From Laetmonice hystrix (lineage: Eukaryota): DNA of 64,000 bases. The notes under the pieces are model-generated. The model was given only the letters and a program-made list of their open reading frames with translations. It had not been told where the DNA came from and searched no databases. The DNA is taken from NCBI GenBank assembly GCA_965235115.1, contig OZ249446.1, positions 16,864,001 to 16,928,000 of the forward strand, given 5' to 3'. Positions 49,367 to 63,091 of this stretch are shown piece after piece. Numbering within the stretch: position 1 is the first letter of the stretch; every line of letters starts with the position of its first letter. Made by a program: the position numbers and the translations under genes.

Positions 49367-50428
49367 CACTGTAAAAAATTGCTGTAATTTCTCCAGTACA
49401 GTACTGTATTTATCACAGTAAAATACCACTTATCGTTTTTACGGTATGTTGCTGTGAAATTGGTGGTAAATTACTGTAATCCTTACAGTAAAATACTGTA
49501 AGAGTCTTTTACGATGCGTTACTGTAATGTTTTAGGTTCCGTGGTACATTACTGTATTTTTTACAGTTTTCACAGTACCTTGCTGTAAAGTTGGTGGTAA
49601 ATTACTACATTTTTACAGTAGCCGACTGTGTGACTTTTTTTACAATGCATTACTGTACGGCCCCTAATACTGTAAAATCACTCTATTTCTTACAGTACCT
49701 TTTACAGTAACGTTATTTGAAATACGGGAAATTACTGTAAAATTGTCTAGTTCAGTCAACACTCACAAGGTGGCCGGACACGGATTCACTTCAAAGTAAC
49801 CAAGCACGAGATAACTTTCTACCCCGACGTGTCATAATACGGCCTACCTGTGAAAGCCGGCTAATCCGACCATGGGCATATATTAATAATAATATTGATA
49901 CAATCTTTGTCATAGAGTGTAGAGTGGAATGTCAAATTGGGGCCTAATTATGAAGTGTGATTCATCAACAGCTTTTGGAAACACCATCTTTAGAGGCTAG
50001 GGGACCTTATTTATCGACTCCTTGGGTTAGAAACTCCATCATATCACGCGGAGTAGCACCTTTTGCTGCAGAATTTTGAACTTTCATACGAATGGACCTA
50101 TTGCGACTCGCCAGGCGTCCGGTTCGCACCGAGACTGGCTCAAAACTAAATCACTGCAACTTGCCGGATTAAAATTGACAATACATCCTATATTACTGTA
50201 AATATTACAGTGATTTGCTGCATTACCATTTACAGTAATCCTTCTATTACTGGAAAAATTACAGTAACTTGATGCGTTAGGATTTACAGTAACTCCCCAG
50301 TTACTGTAAAAAATTACAGTAACTTCTTGTGATATGATTTACAGTAACTCCCGACAATTACAGTAACTTATTGGCAACTCCAGCTGCCAGTAAGTTACTG
50401 TAAATTTTACAATAAATTTTTTACAGTG
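49367..50428. mobile_element. CACTG-terminated (CACTA/EnSpm-like) non-autonomous element
   Basis: TA|CACTGTAAAAAA...TTTTTTACAGTG|TA with many subterminal ttactgtaa/ttacagtaa motifs. Confidence 0.85.
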
Positions 50429-53400
50429 TAGGGGACGTCAAGTCGCTGACCATTGACGTCCTAAAACATGACACTGATATCCTACAAGTGAACGATGAGA
50501 TAAAGTAAATTATATGCCATCTCACCTCTCCCAAACCCCATGCCACCTCTTCCCCCTCCACCACACCGCATACCCCCATACCACTCTCCCACCCCCACCC
50601 CCAATACCCCACACCGCCAGCTTTATCAGCAGTGTGAGGTATATAGCCCGGTTACCGGTTTCCGATTCAGATTTTTAGGATCCGATTCGGTCGATAGGAT
50701 CCGATTCGAAAATTGGCTATAAATTTGCAATAAGCTTATTTACCCCGCACCTGCTTCTCCAGGGCATGTGCAATACACACCTATAGTAGCCTAGGTTGTT
50801 GCCCGGCAATTGCTCTACTGGATCAGGACTTAGAACTTACGTTTTTCATGTATGTCTCTGCTAAAATTGAAAATACGTCTGGCTCTCTCCGGCCTGGCGG
50901 GACTAACGAAGGGTGCTATGACCTTCTGGAGGACAAGGGCAATACACACCTCGCATTCTAACACAACGTAGGCTATATATGGACATGTAATATTTCTACA
51001 TGTGCCACTATCATCATCTACAACATTATGACCAAGGAACAAGTCGTGGTTCTCCATTCATACCACTGTATATATGTAACTGGTGAAAGCGTTCACTTTC
51101 TTCCTATATCTCTACACGTGGCACCCCCACCTCCGATACTCCACAGCCTGGGCCGAATGAAGGGTCTCCATCCGGTAAAACTTGGCTGTAGCAGCAATCA
51201 GGGCGGGGCTCAGACTGCATGCAGAGTAAAAAGCTGTTTGCTGGCGTTGGCCCCAGACACGAATGTTCCCACGAGGACAGTGAGAACCGCCCGTATTTAA
51301 CTACAAGCAGCTCGTTAAAACAGTCGCCATGTAGTGCGGAAAATCAGTGCCATGTAAACTGCATGCCTTAGGAATGATAAATGACGTCACACATGGACCC
51401 AGGGGAAGGGGGTGGGGGGTGGGGGGGATATATCGCTTATATACTGTGCTTTTATACTCCTCGGAATTCTTATACGTTTTCATCTAAATTATTGTTAATA
51501 TGGGTCTAGAGACATTATATATCTCTTTCGGATACACATAAGAAAAAAACCTTTCTGACTTCCAGCATTTATTTGAAAAGGGACCTAAGCAAAGAAGGAT
51601 TGAACATAAATATACATCGTATTGTGCACGACATAACACGGCATGTAGAACCCATTGTGTACTAAGGCGAATGGACCTATGCAATCCGACAAAAGGGAGC
51701 ACGTCCTCTAAGTTACCCGGATGAAGAATGACAAAGGCAGACGACAAACATGGCGGCGTGATCTGAATCGGTTGTCGGTGAGCAGTCACCCGACCCGCCG
51801 CCTCACTCCCTCCGACGTCGTGTTGCCGCCTCTATATAGTGCAGAGATCCAGACCACATGACGGGCCGGTGGACGGGGGTTGTTCAGCTTCCCACGGTGG
51901 GGCTCTATCGATTTGACTGCCAGCTGAGGCCTGTGGTTTACAGACACATGGAAGGGGTTCATCCGGAACATGAACCGATGGTTCTGTCTGGGTAGAACAT
52001 AAAGTGTCTAAACAAATCGTTCACATTAGCTATTATGGCAGCAAGCCGCTTTTTACACCACTGTAAAATATGAGTTTAAGTTTCCTGACTGAAGTTCTTT
52101 ATCCACTCTGGAATCGTTCAGCTATTTGTGCGACCCATTTTTACCGTCAGGCAAACTGTAAACAGTTTGAATGCAATGGAAATTACACTGTACACGAAAG
52201 AAGATGGGCAAGAGAGCCTCGATCAGATGCTAACATTCGTATGTCCAAGTCGGTGACCTAAATACCACGGCATCGACTTTGCGTTACACGGATTCCCCCC
52301 AAACGCCGTTACCATGTGGGGTTCATATACACAGGAACCATCCATAAACATGGGGTTAAAATCTTGTCAAGGCAGCCTCAGTGCCAGGAATTACGCGGAA
52401 GAACTTATGACGTAACGGGATGAGGACCTAACAGTCCTGGGCTCAGTTTCAGAAAGATTATAATAGGATCTTAAAGGGATTAATAGCAACGAAATATAAC
52501 GTACCTTTTACCCCTAGATATATTCAGTTAAAATATGGAGATCATACATTGACCGTTTGTAAGATAAGTGAAATAGTGGGACTCCGATATATAAACTCTT
52601 CGGCCCGAAATGTTTACAAAAATCCGCGATAGGAACTCCCGGTGGTGGCGCTGTTTGGCTAATGACGTAAGCATAGATATCCCATAATTTCCACTGCTTA
52701 CGGGGAGACACACCAGTGCGGTAAAATATGGGAGCGACAGTCTTCCTTTGCCCTTCAGCCTACGACACACAGACAGCATGTAACACTGGTAGGTGCAGTG
52801 TCGCTTCTCCCCGGCCGAACACATGTCTGTGTGTACATGACCTGCCATTTTGAAAATAGTTTTGTGACGTCAGCCAAGCAAGATGGCGTTCTTACTATCC
52901 GAGTCTATTTCCCGAAATGGACTCGGTCGTTCCGATTGACGACGAAGTATAGCGTGTCTCGCCCCTCGACATGTTGGCCCAGCAGTTTGTGATGAACCTA
53001 CTGAAGTTAGTCTAACCTGTTGCGTTTATGATTTTTAACTATTTAGACACTTGTGTTGTTCCATTAGGCTACGGGTGATGAGTTTATATACATGTATTAG
53101 GTTTCCGAGTTACCCTACCTATTGTTTCAAGCCAGCGTGGGCTGTGAACAAACGGTAATCTAATGTTTTAACATACTTCCGCTTCTCGTTCGTACGAGGC
53201 ACGGACATCCCAGATCATATTGTGTGTCAGTGGACGTCAGCCCTTGTTCCTTGTGCCTAGCGTAACCCATGGTTACGAGGACCAGTATACGTATACGAGG
53301 AATCATCGACCGACTCGTTTGGTGCAACGTTACAAATATCGGACATGAATCATGTATACATGTAATATTCACAAGTCCCTCGTAAAAAATCGGATAGTAA

Positions 53401-53589
53401 TAAATAATACATGTATATTCACAGCTTTCTTTTTCACAACGTCAACATCTGATTCTGTCCGTTTAATCTCATTGCTGTGGTTGAGAGTTAGAAACAGAAA
53501 GCTGAGAATATATTAATTCTAAGATCCGATTTGTTGGTGTGAAATGGACCGGCAGGGGCCAGTATTCACAGCCAGTGTGTGGAGATCGG

Positions 53590-53740
53590 ATGAGGGCCTC
53601 AGTGGCTCCTCAACCTCCAGCTCCTGACCACAGAGCCTCTCAGCTCTGGGTTCAAATCCACTTCAAGCTAGATTTGTCAGTTATCTGGTCGGTGGGTTTC
53701 TCCAGTGTACCCCGTTCCCCGCCTCTGACCCCCTTGAGAT
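53590..53740 (+). mobile_element. Degenerate tRNA-derived SINE
   Basis: B-box GGTTCAAATCC at ~53650, followed by gtgggtttctccagtgtaccccgttccc resembling the GGTTTTCTCCGGGTACTCCGGTTTCC SINE core. Confidence 0.45.
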
Positions 53741-55976
53741 GACATGGGCGGATCCAGGGATTATTTTAGGCGGATCACGGAGGGTATTGGTCGCAACCGC
53801 TCTTGGAAAGTAATGTTTGTAGGCTTTTGTCGGGTTTAGGGGGGCATAGGCTTGGTCTGACAATAAGCAGGTTCTAAGGCATGTAACACTCATAACATGG
53901 GTTACCAAACGTATAAAAAGTTACACTGCCCATATGGACATGATGTATGTACATAAGGGTATTTATAACAGTCTGGATTTAATACGTGAAATCAGGTCGA
54001 AGGATAACAAGCTTAGGGTGAAAGGCCATCGAGTCATTAGATTAGTCATTATTTGAACATAATCAGGGGTAATAATTTAATCCTCACCAAATTGGGTCTA
54101 AATATTCGACACCGCGGTGCAACTATTCTAAACAGGGGATGGGGGCTAATGTTATTGAGAGTACAGCGTGATGTGTCACACCGAATATTATGAGCGTCAT
54201 ACTACATAATCTGAGGGCGCTGGCTGGCTCCCAGGTCCAGTAAAGCAATGAAGGGGCGATGAGGAGCGGAGGGGGGGGGGGGGTCTGTATAAATGAACTC
54301 GTCAGCGCCTGCTCATCGCTGAATTGATCATAATATAGTGTGAAGTATAGGGAGTGCAGTTGTCTGTAGATGAGGCTGTTAGTGGCAGTAATTGCATACG
54401 CTCATATTATGGCCTAAGTGTGACGTTTATCCCCTGATGGAAATTTGCTTTTCATGTGTGGCAGTGCACCGCTTGACAGGTCTGCAGATATGATAGAACC
54501 AACATCATCGCCAACTTTGTGATGTATGAATATTTTTGCATGATAAAAACACGGGGACAAAAGATGAGGACACTCTTGGTGTCGCGTATCACGGAAGCTT
54601 TGCACAGCATCATAAGTGCAGCATCCCATGTTTTGTCTCATACACACTCTGCCTACATACAGGGTGTGTAAAAAAAGTATATACATGTACTCCGAAAAAT
54701 GAACCAGAAACGAATCTTCTATTATGGTTCGCAATAGGAAATGCTACATATTTATGCAACAGCAGATCGCGGATTCATTACGTAACAACCTCATGCAGTG
54801 GTTAATTAAATATGCCTCTCATGGTCTCTGATCCTCTTTTTCGTGCGCAAGTTAATTTTAACAAGGTTGACTAAACTGGCCCCTGTTCACACACACGTGA
54901 AATGTGGGAAATGGTCATCATGTGTTCAAAAGCGTCAAGTCTTCGTCTCCGAATATGTCTGGACCAATATTATTTTCTGAAAATTATACTGGGTTCAGTT
55001 TTTTTTCTGCGTGTATATTTTTTATTATGCACCCTGTATATATCTACATCCCTATGTACAGGACACAATCGGTGAAGCGCGAACATTTTCGTTGTCCACG
55101 GAGACCCTGGAACCCTCCTGGCTCAGCGTCAGGTCAGAGATGAACAAGTGGGCGGTCTGCTACAATATGATACACATATACTGCGGCGCCATAATTGTTG
55201 AGTCCACTCGATGTTCTGTTGATTGACTTGGCGCGCCTGGAGAGCAGCGCCGCACAGTTCAAACCCCGCTAACTGTGGCTGGAGAATGGGCACCGTTTCA
55301 CGGAGCCTGCCCGGTGCCATGTGTTGAGGAAGCGTGCAAGGGCGCACGTGTAGATCTAGAACCCGGCAGATGTGACTGGCCAGTGGCGGAAACTTGACGT
55401 GCGTTCAGAGGGCGCGGGGGATATATGGTTTCAGAAACCAGACTCAACCCGCAGTCGGGGCTGGAACCAATCTTGCCCGATCAATGGATAAAGACTTATA
55501 AACAAAGGTCCCATGCCATCCGTGCCAGTCATAGCATCGAGAGACGACAACAGTTCCGGGTGAAGACAACACAGCATGGCGTGGACGTACAAGGAGCAGA
55601 CGGAAAGCGTTGAAATGACCCAAGTAGAATGAGACAGTACTCTGTCCGACAGACGGTGAAACATTGGTGTAGACCCATGGGTCAAAACTATACGGCCGTG
55701 CCTGGCACTGTACCAAGTATACGGCACAGAATCTCACAACAACCAAGCTGAGCGCGTAAGTTGGTTTAGAAGATTTAACTACAAGTTTACACATGGGAAC
55801 TATTCCAACTCTTTAAGGCCTACAACTCGGCGCGTTAAGTGTTCCATATATCACGGACACTTTGAAAAGGGCGCGATGAAGTGGTATATGTTTCCGTGAG
55901 ATTTATTTCACCAAATAGTCTGGTTAGCAGTCACTACAACAATAGCAAGAAAAGCGTTTGCTGCTTCGGACTAAAC

Positions 55977-57584
55977 ATGGAGGGGATACTTGTGGGCGGG
56001 GACGCTTCGATTTCAAATTCTCAACGGACACCCACGCTTTTTGACCCGGTCTTTCGGCCTGATGATCTAGAGACAACAACGACGACGACGACAACCTTAT
56101 CGACAACCACGGATGTTTTCAACAAGGCACTCAGCGCGACTACCACCGACTACGAAACGGCAGTTTCTCCAGCCATAACGCAGGGACTAAACACGTCACG
56201 GCAGACGCTCGACGTCATCACATACGCCGTCAACGGTACGGTGACGTCAGGCGCAGCCAACGTCACTGAGGCACTCAGGGACTCTTTCACCACAGGACTG
56301 AACCTAACCCATCTCTTTAACACCACAGTGTCAGATTTTACCACCGGATCGAGTCGACTGCCGACAATTTATGGTTTTGAGAACGCGACTGGGCTTTTCT
56401 TGTCGACTTCCGGGGATAATGTCAGCACGGAGCAAGTCGAGAGTGACAGGGCAGAAGATCTGTCTGCTACTCTGTGGCAGTGGATGGCTCCATTTATATT
56501 TTTCTTTGGTTTCTTTGGTAACATCGCCATCCTTGTCGTACTGTCCTCCCGCCCCGTTATGTCGGACACAACCACGTCCACCTATGTCTTCTGTCTTGCC
56601 ATTGCAGACCTCCTTTCGGTGATCTTCGGTATGATTCCCGAATGGCTTGCCTTCATGGAAATCTTTAATTTTGAGGAGGTACACCCAGTGTCGTGCAAGT
56701 TCTACAAATTTTTAGCCTACACTGTGTCGGATGCTTCCATTTGGATTCTAGTGGCGTTCACCATTGAACGTTTTATTGCCGTTGTCTTTCCGTTTAAGCG
56801 CCAGAAGGGCTGGTGCAATGTGTCACAAGTGAAGATAATATGCTTGTCCTTGGTGGGACTTGGTGTCATAAAGAACGTCCAGTTTTTCTGGACTCGCGGC
56901 GCAGAGTACCAGCAAACGGGCGTCAACGGGACGTTATCACTTCGTTCCAACTGTGGTTATCCTACGGATGCCGATAAGTATTTTAACTTTTATATTCGCC
57001 CTTACCTTGTGCTAGTCACCATAGATATCATACCCATGACAATACTGTGGGTGTGTAACTTCACCGTCATACGGACTATTTCCAAACGCAGTACGATTCA
57101 GAGGCTCCACTTACGGGTTAGCGCCGCGCATGCGCGTACAAATACCCTGACTCAACAAGTGACGATCATGTGTCTGTGCGCTTCCTTTTCTTTCATTGCG
57201 TTTATGACACCCAGCATGGTACTATTCTGTGGGAAAGCCTACTGGAGCAACTCGGAGGTTTCTCGTGGGCCGTATCTGATAGCAAAGGCCGTCAACAACC
57301 AGCTTCTTTACATCAACAATTCCATCAATTTCTACCTGTACTTGTTCAGCGGTGAAAGGTTTCGCCAGGCTGCCATCGCTATTTTCTGCCGTTGTCGCCG
57401 TTGGCAGGACCCGAAAAGTGAAAGGAGTATGAGACTGACTGACGTCAGCGGAACGAGCACAAGAATACGTCGGAATGACGTCTCGGCAATGCCAAATAAT
57501 GTGCAGCCGACTAGAATTAGGCCGCTCAAGTCGTGTAATGGCCCAGACACAGGGGACTGCAAAAGTGAACACAGCTATGTCTGA
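55977..57584 (+). CDS. Intronless class A (rhodopsin-like) GPCR, FMRFamide/peptide-receptor-like group, 535 aa
   Basis: Seven hydrophobic segments; GN in TM1, LAIAD in TM2, C..YKF...ERF in TM3, P in TM6, NSINFYLY...FR in TM7/helix 8; first ATG (MEGIL) at 55977. Confidence 0.93.
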   Translation: MEGILVGGDASISNSQRTPTLFDPVFRPDDLETTTTTTTTLSTTTDVFNKALSATTTDYETAVSPAITQGLNTSRQTLDVITYAVNGTVTSGAANVTEALRDSFTTGLNLTHLFNTTVSDFTTGSSRLPTIYGFENATGLFLSTSGDNVSTEQVESDRAEDLSATLWQWMAPFIFFFGFFGNIAILVVLSSRPVMSDTTTSTYVFCLAIADLLSVIFGMIPEWLAFMEIFNFEEVHPVSCKFYKFLAYTVSDASIWILVAFTIERFIAVVFPFKRQKGWCNVSQVKIICLSLVGLGVIKNVQFFWTRGAEYQQTGVNGTLSLRSNCGYPTDADKYFNFYIRPYLVLVTIDIIPMTILWVCNFTVIRTISKRSTIQRLHLRVSAAHARTNTLTQQVTIMCLCASFSFIAFMTPSMVLFCGKAYWSNSEVSRGPYLIAKAVNNQLLYINNSINFYLYLFSGERFRQAAIAIFCRCRRWQDPKSERSMRLTDVSGTSTRIRRNDVSAMPNNVQPTRIRPLKSCNGPDTGDCKSEHSYV

Positions 57585-59366
57585 AGGCCCTCATTTTTTG
57601 TGTCATAATCACGGTAGACTTAATACCGGATGTGATAGTAAACATAGTGTGGTGGTTTATATTTCAGCTGAGTTGATCCGATGACGTCACAGTTCGGTCC
57701 CCTGTTTACGTGTAGAAATACTCGACTAAATATACTAAGCCTATATTAGGTATGATAAATAAATGCTATTAAACACATTGAACTGTAAAACAACTATTAT
57801 TCAAGGAAGGAAGAGACACAGATCTTTCCTCTTGTAGATTTATGCCTATATAATGGAAAAAGGTACGTGTATCCAAATTGTGGTGATCGCGGAAAAACAC
57901 CTCCACTGTGGTTAAATGCATATAGATCTAATTATTGTACCAATTCCGAAAAACCTCGAGCTACTTGGCTGTATAGATATATGTGTATGCAAGGACCTCT
58001 GTTTAATATATCAAGTTGTACTTTATTTTTTTTATCGTAATGCTTAATTTGCATTTCATATGTATAGAATAAAATATAAGAGAAACGAAAAACAGGGTGG
58101 TTTGTGTGATCAAAGATAGATGCATGTGTGTCGTCGCACTCAAACCGTGGAAAGATAGCCATTCGAACCAACTCGCTCGACCAATCAGTAGCTTTCTTCA
58201 ATTGACAGTCAGACGCCATTTGTAATTTATCAGAGATTTTCTTGTATTTCCCTCTAGAGAAATTGTAGGTGGCGTTTCTGCACATGTCTGTCTCAGCGGC
58301 AAATCTATGGTGTTCTGTTTGCAGGTGCAGATAAATTGGGGGGCAGTTGGAAGTTATATCATTTCTCGTCCAGAACAACGGTTTTCACCCAAATTTGTTA
58401 TGTTTCGCATTTAACTATAGAATGCCTCACAAAAGATTCAAAAGCCGTTTGAAAGTGCGATTCTTCCAATTGTGCCCCTTTAAGCTAAAGGCCTAGTAGA
58501 CGCACCCTCTCTTGCAGGATCTAGTCTAAGACGAAGTAGCCAGCATAACTGTAACTACATGAATAAGATGTGTTCCTTCGTCACAGGCGCATTAAGCATC
58601 ATTTGAATGGACCTCGGGTAGGGAGACAACCCGTATTTAAGCAACAACCTCAAGTGATTAAAAAATATAAAAATATAGCCTTACTTTATTAGGCTTAGGC
58701 CCAAGGGGTGAAAGGATGCTCAAAGTAGGGTGGGGTTCACCTAGATTGGGTAAGGTTCCGTTACCGTCGCAAGATAGCGAGAAAATGGGGATCGGTATAT
58801 TGGATGGCTATGATGGGCAGAAATCTGCCAGTGTTTGGGGGATCAATCTCCCGTCAGAGGGACTCAGCTTTATGTCTTGTCTAGTCAGTAGAAGAGACCG
58901 TGTGCTAATCATATCTGGCTGTAGAGTGACCGCAAATCTTAATTGTATTGCCCTGCATAGTGAACGAAAACCAAACTGACTGCGTTTCGGGAATGTTTTC
59001 CACATTATGCCTCGTTGGACAGCGACGTTTCAATTTTACACGTTCCAATCCTCCCACATGACAACAGTCATTTCCAGGTGGACAACCATGTGTGTTGTCT
59101 TAGTGTGTTTGCTGATAAAATACCCCTTACCAATGCTCCACGTTTATCACGTACCTGCAAATATTTACTCAGGACTTGTATCTTTGTTTGTTTATATTTA
59201 CAAAGTACAGTTTACAACATATTTCGATCGTACGCTATGAGACATGTGGCTATCAAACAGAATTCTGGTTGGGTGTCAAGTCATCGTGTCGCGGTTGGAA
59301 ATGTCTAAATCTCTCTGCGGTGATGTAGCCTATATCCTGGGTCGAGAAACTTTCACATCCGTAGTA

Positions 59367-59838
59367 CGGTGGCCCAGAAGTACTGTACAAACTGTTGCAC
59401 TTTACTGACAAATCCTGTGTTTCACAGCGAAATTCCTTGTCTTCACAGACAATTACGTCGCTTCCCAGTCAAATTCTTTGCCTTCACAGTGGAATTTCTG
59501 GCCTTCATACTAAAATTTATGGCCTTCTCATTCCCTGTCTTCTTGGACAATTCTTGTAAAGCGAAGGAAATGTCTGAGAAGGCAGGGAATTGCCTGTGAA
59601 GAACAGATTTTCAGTGTGAAGGCCAAGAAGTGCACTGTGAAGCGAAGGAATTGTCTCTGAAGACAAGGAATTTGACTGTGAAGCGAAGAATTTGACTGTG
59701 AAGCGAAGGACTTTCACTGTGAAGCGAAGGAATTGTCTGGGAAAGACAAGGAATTTCACTGTGAAGCGAAGAATTTGACTGTGAAGCGAAAGAATTTCCC
59801 TGTGAAGCGAAGGAATTTCAATTTGTCGGTGGCCACCG
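59367..59838. mobile_element. TIR element with internal ~20-bp inverted and tandem repeats
   Basis: TAGTA|CGGTGGCC...GGCCACCG|TAGTA; internal actgtgaagcgaaggaattt arrays in both orientations. Confidence 0.75.
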
Positions 59839-60499
59839 TAGTAACGGTGATGCACTTGTACAAATGAAGGGACGGCGCAGATGGTCGGACAGGTCTGGAG
59901 GAAATTTTGCAACCATAGCTGTCATTATTTTGCTATCAGGAGCTTTACGTTCAAGAAATAAATAACGATTCCAATGGACCTAGAAAGGTAGGTTAGAAGA
60001 CTGAATATATATACTAACGAATTTCTCTTCAGCCATTTTAGAATATTTTCTTTTGGTGAAAAATAAGAATTCCACATTCACCCTATAGGTCATGATGATG
60101 TGAAGTGTGTCAATCCTGGAATACCAACGTACCTACCTTGTCAACTGTTTGCTCTGTAATTGAGCGTCGATAGGTTCCAATAGTTTGCACGGACGAGAAA
60201 CAAGTCATTCAAGATGAACCGGAAATAGTGCCGTCAGTCTCTCTGCAGTTCCCTTCGATCCGTGCCTTCTGTACACAAGAATGACCGTTGGCTGGGAACG
60301 CCGCCGGAAGTAGTCCTTTCCTGGGGAAGCGTTCAGTTTCCTACCCTCTTGTACAATAATCAGGCCCGAAAATTCAGGGAATTCGCAATTTAGCCGTACG
60401 CGTGGGGTTTGTTCCGCTCATACATTTCCCGATACCACGTAAATAAATCATTATTGACTCTGGGGAGGTCAGAAATTTACCATGTCCCGCCCTCTTGAA

Positions 60500-61130
60500 A
60501 ATAGCTTCCGACGCCCTTATGGTGGCAGCCCTGCAGGGTCGCATGGGAAAGATATTACAGGCCTACTTGCTCGGTTATCGGAAGCTCTCTTGAAGTAGGG
60601 GATGGGTTTGACCAGATGGTGCAGGTCATATCTGGTAGGAATGCAAGATTCGCTATGTCCGTAGTAGACAGGCACGCTCACATTCGTGCCCATTTGCTGA
60701 AATGCTTTACCCGAACGGACGAAGATTGCCGAAAGGACTCGAGTGTGAGAATGGTAGACAGGTTTGGCGCTACAGAATTTTAATACATTCTGTTTTCTTT
60801 TCAATATTTCGGAGATCCAAGATAATATAAGTTTGACTTAATAGATATGGGCTACACAACCCAAAAGCGATGCATACAGTTTGGGTAAAATTGCCCTTTA
60901 ATTTGCAGGCAGCGGCACCATTGCCTGAGTGTCCACGTTTCCCATAATGCGTCTCCATGTTTTCCATAATGCCCTTACTGTCGGCCCCACAATTCCCGAG
61001 TTGGCCTACATGAAATATATTATGTATTCCACTCTGATTTTTGTAGACTTTAGTTTCACCATCTTCTGTCTCCTGACCATTCTGAACCAGCCAAATATTC
61101 AAGGCGTGTTAACATTTATCCTGGGAATTG
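60500..61130 (-). mobile_element. Decayed LINE RT remnant
   Basis: NCGADSKGIMENM (RPISL..K.ME-like) and AIFVRSGKAF (DxxKAF-like). Confidence 0.35.
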
Positions 61131-61261
61131 GCCCACCATTTATACGGCGACCATTACTGCCCCGCGCGCCATTAGATCAGTTATAAGCAAGTTATTATAA
61201 GGTGATTACATTAGAGAGGTTGAGATTCATCCGAGTCCCACTCCCATTTTGTGTAATAGCT

Positions 61262-61457
61262 TTTTATCATCAGCCTCGCGTTATCAGGTATTGTGGGGCT
61301 TCTTATCATCAGCCTCGCGTTATCAGGTATTGTGGGGCTTTTTATCATCAGCCTCGCGTTATCAGGTATTGTGGGGCTTTTTATCATCAGCCTCGCGTTA
61401 TCAGGTATTGTGGGGCTTTTTATCATCAGCCTCGCGTCATCAGGTATTGTGGGGCTT
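61262..61457. repeat. 39-bp tandem repeat, 5 copies
   Basis: ttatcatcagcctcgcgttatcaggtattgtggggct with period 39. Confidence 0.95.
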
Positions 61458-62299
61458 CGCCGCTCAGCGCAGTCATCTCAGACGGGAAAACGTCTTGAGA
61501 TGGCGGGAGTCGTAAGTAATATCCAACTTTAAAAAATCGGTGTTTCTTCATAATAATATAGTTTCAGTGATCATTTGTTAGTGGTATATAGAACAATTGT
61601 ATTGAGTTCACTGGTGAAATTTAAGGAACCCCTTTACTAATAACACATTAGTTTTTTTTTCGTTTAACAAAATCTATCTTTCTTATACGTTTTCTTTCGA
61701 CTCCATAGAAAATCTACCTATATGTATCCAGTTCATAGAACTTGTAATCCGATGGGGCTTTTCTTAATAAACCAATTTCGTCAAGGAACAGATTAAAAAG
61801 AATCTTCATTCTCTTGAATGCTGGGGCAATTAGTAAATGATGAAGGATGGAACGAAAAGCGGGGAGATGCCGGTACGCACGGCCTACCAGTATCGTAAAA
61901 AGGAACGAGTATTTGCATATTGGTCTCACCCACCAATAGGGGCCCAGTTGGGGGGGGGGGTGAGGGTGGCAGTATGGCCGTTTCAAGCTTGATTCCCCCT
62001 TGTAAAAATATATATATATAAATGCTCGACGCCTTTAAAAGCTAACCCATCACGTAACTGAGATCTGCCAAACCGAGTGGTCATACCTAAGAGACCCATT
62101 ATCACAACACGTATAATAAGAAACAACCATTCAGTGCGAAATGAAATTTAATATTTGTTTTTTTATTCACTGAAGCGACAGAAATGTAATTGCTTGATGA
62201 AGGATGAAACGTACAGAATGAATGAAATGTGTGAAACTCGTCCTCCTTACGGCAGTCGTCAATAAGCCTGGGTTGGGTGCTGCCGCCTGGCGGCTGTCG

Positions 62300-62421
62300 T
62301 CAGTGCTCCATCGACTCAGTGGCGCCCCCTTTTTTTGAGGTGTCGTCTGTCTCCATTTCGTCCTCGTCCTCCATTTCGTCCTCTTGATCCTCAGCGCCAT
62401 CTACCGGCTCCTCATCCGGTT
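62300..62421 (-). CDS. ACL4: ACL4-like TPR protein, last exon (acidic tail, stop)
   Basis: aacag acceptor, phase 1; EPDEEPVDGAEDQEDEME...MEH-stop; AATAAA at 62162-62167. Confidence 0.8.
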
Positions 62422-62547
62422 CTGTTAATAACCAAACACAATAACTCATCTTTTAGGACACGTTAAGTATTTATACTCACAGATGTTCCGTGTTTTAAAA
62501 TAACGTTTGAAGTCGGTGTGTGTAGTTTTCATGAAATGGATTCTAAC

Positions 62548-62623
62548 CTGGTCCTAATTCCTCTAGTAACTCTGAAATGTGTTTCAGCATGGTCTCATCA
62601 TCAAACTTCGTCTTGATTGCCAC
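62548..62623 (-). CDS. ACL4: ACL4-like TPR protein exon
   Basis: VAIKTKFDDETMLKHISELLEELGP; canonical AG/GT sites. Confidence 0.82.
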
Positions 62624-62787
62624 CTGCCGGAAACAATAGAAACTGATGAAATGATAACACTGAGAAAACACCACCACTGAAAAAACTGGTACAAAATAGA
62701 TTTATAAACAGAAATATGAATATACCAATGTAAGTAATAAAATGATTGAAATAACATTTGATTGAAATAACGTATGTGAGCACCCAC

Positions 62788-62874
62788 CTCATTTGCCTTG
62801 GTAAGATAGAAACGTGCGTTATTTAGGAAGTCTTCTTTCTGCAGGTAATTCAACCATCCGAGAAGGTACCACAC
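62788..62874 (-). CDS. ACL4: ACL4-like TPR protein exon
   Basis: VWYLLGWLNYLQ...NARFYLTKANE, a TPR helix pair; phase 0-0. Confidence 0.85.
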
Positions 62875-63037
62875 CTGACAAACCATGATTTCATAGCATC
62901 TCAGTCAGGAACATTAAGTGCCTGTCCAGTTTGACATGATATACTACATGTACTCAGAAAATAATTAGGCTGTTAAAATTTGAAACGCTGCTGTATTGTA
63001 AGACCCATCATTACAACATTGACAGATTGTGACGTAC

Positions 63038-63091
63038 CTCGACAACCTCATCCTCCTCATCTAGCAGTAATTCTAGCACCTGGCTTGCAGT
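63038..63091 (-). CDS. ACL4: ACL4-like TPR protein exon
   Basis: TASQVLELLLDEEDEVVE; phase 0-0. Confidence 0.85.

Noticed and set aside
55881-55976. GTG-initiated N-terminal extension of the GPCR ORF
   Set aside because: Artefact of the alternative-start ORF caller; the first ATG is at 55977.
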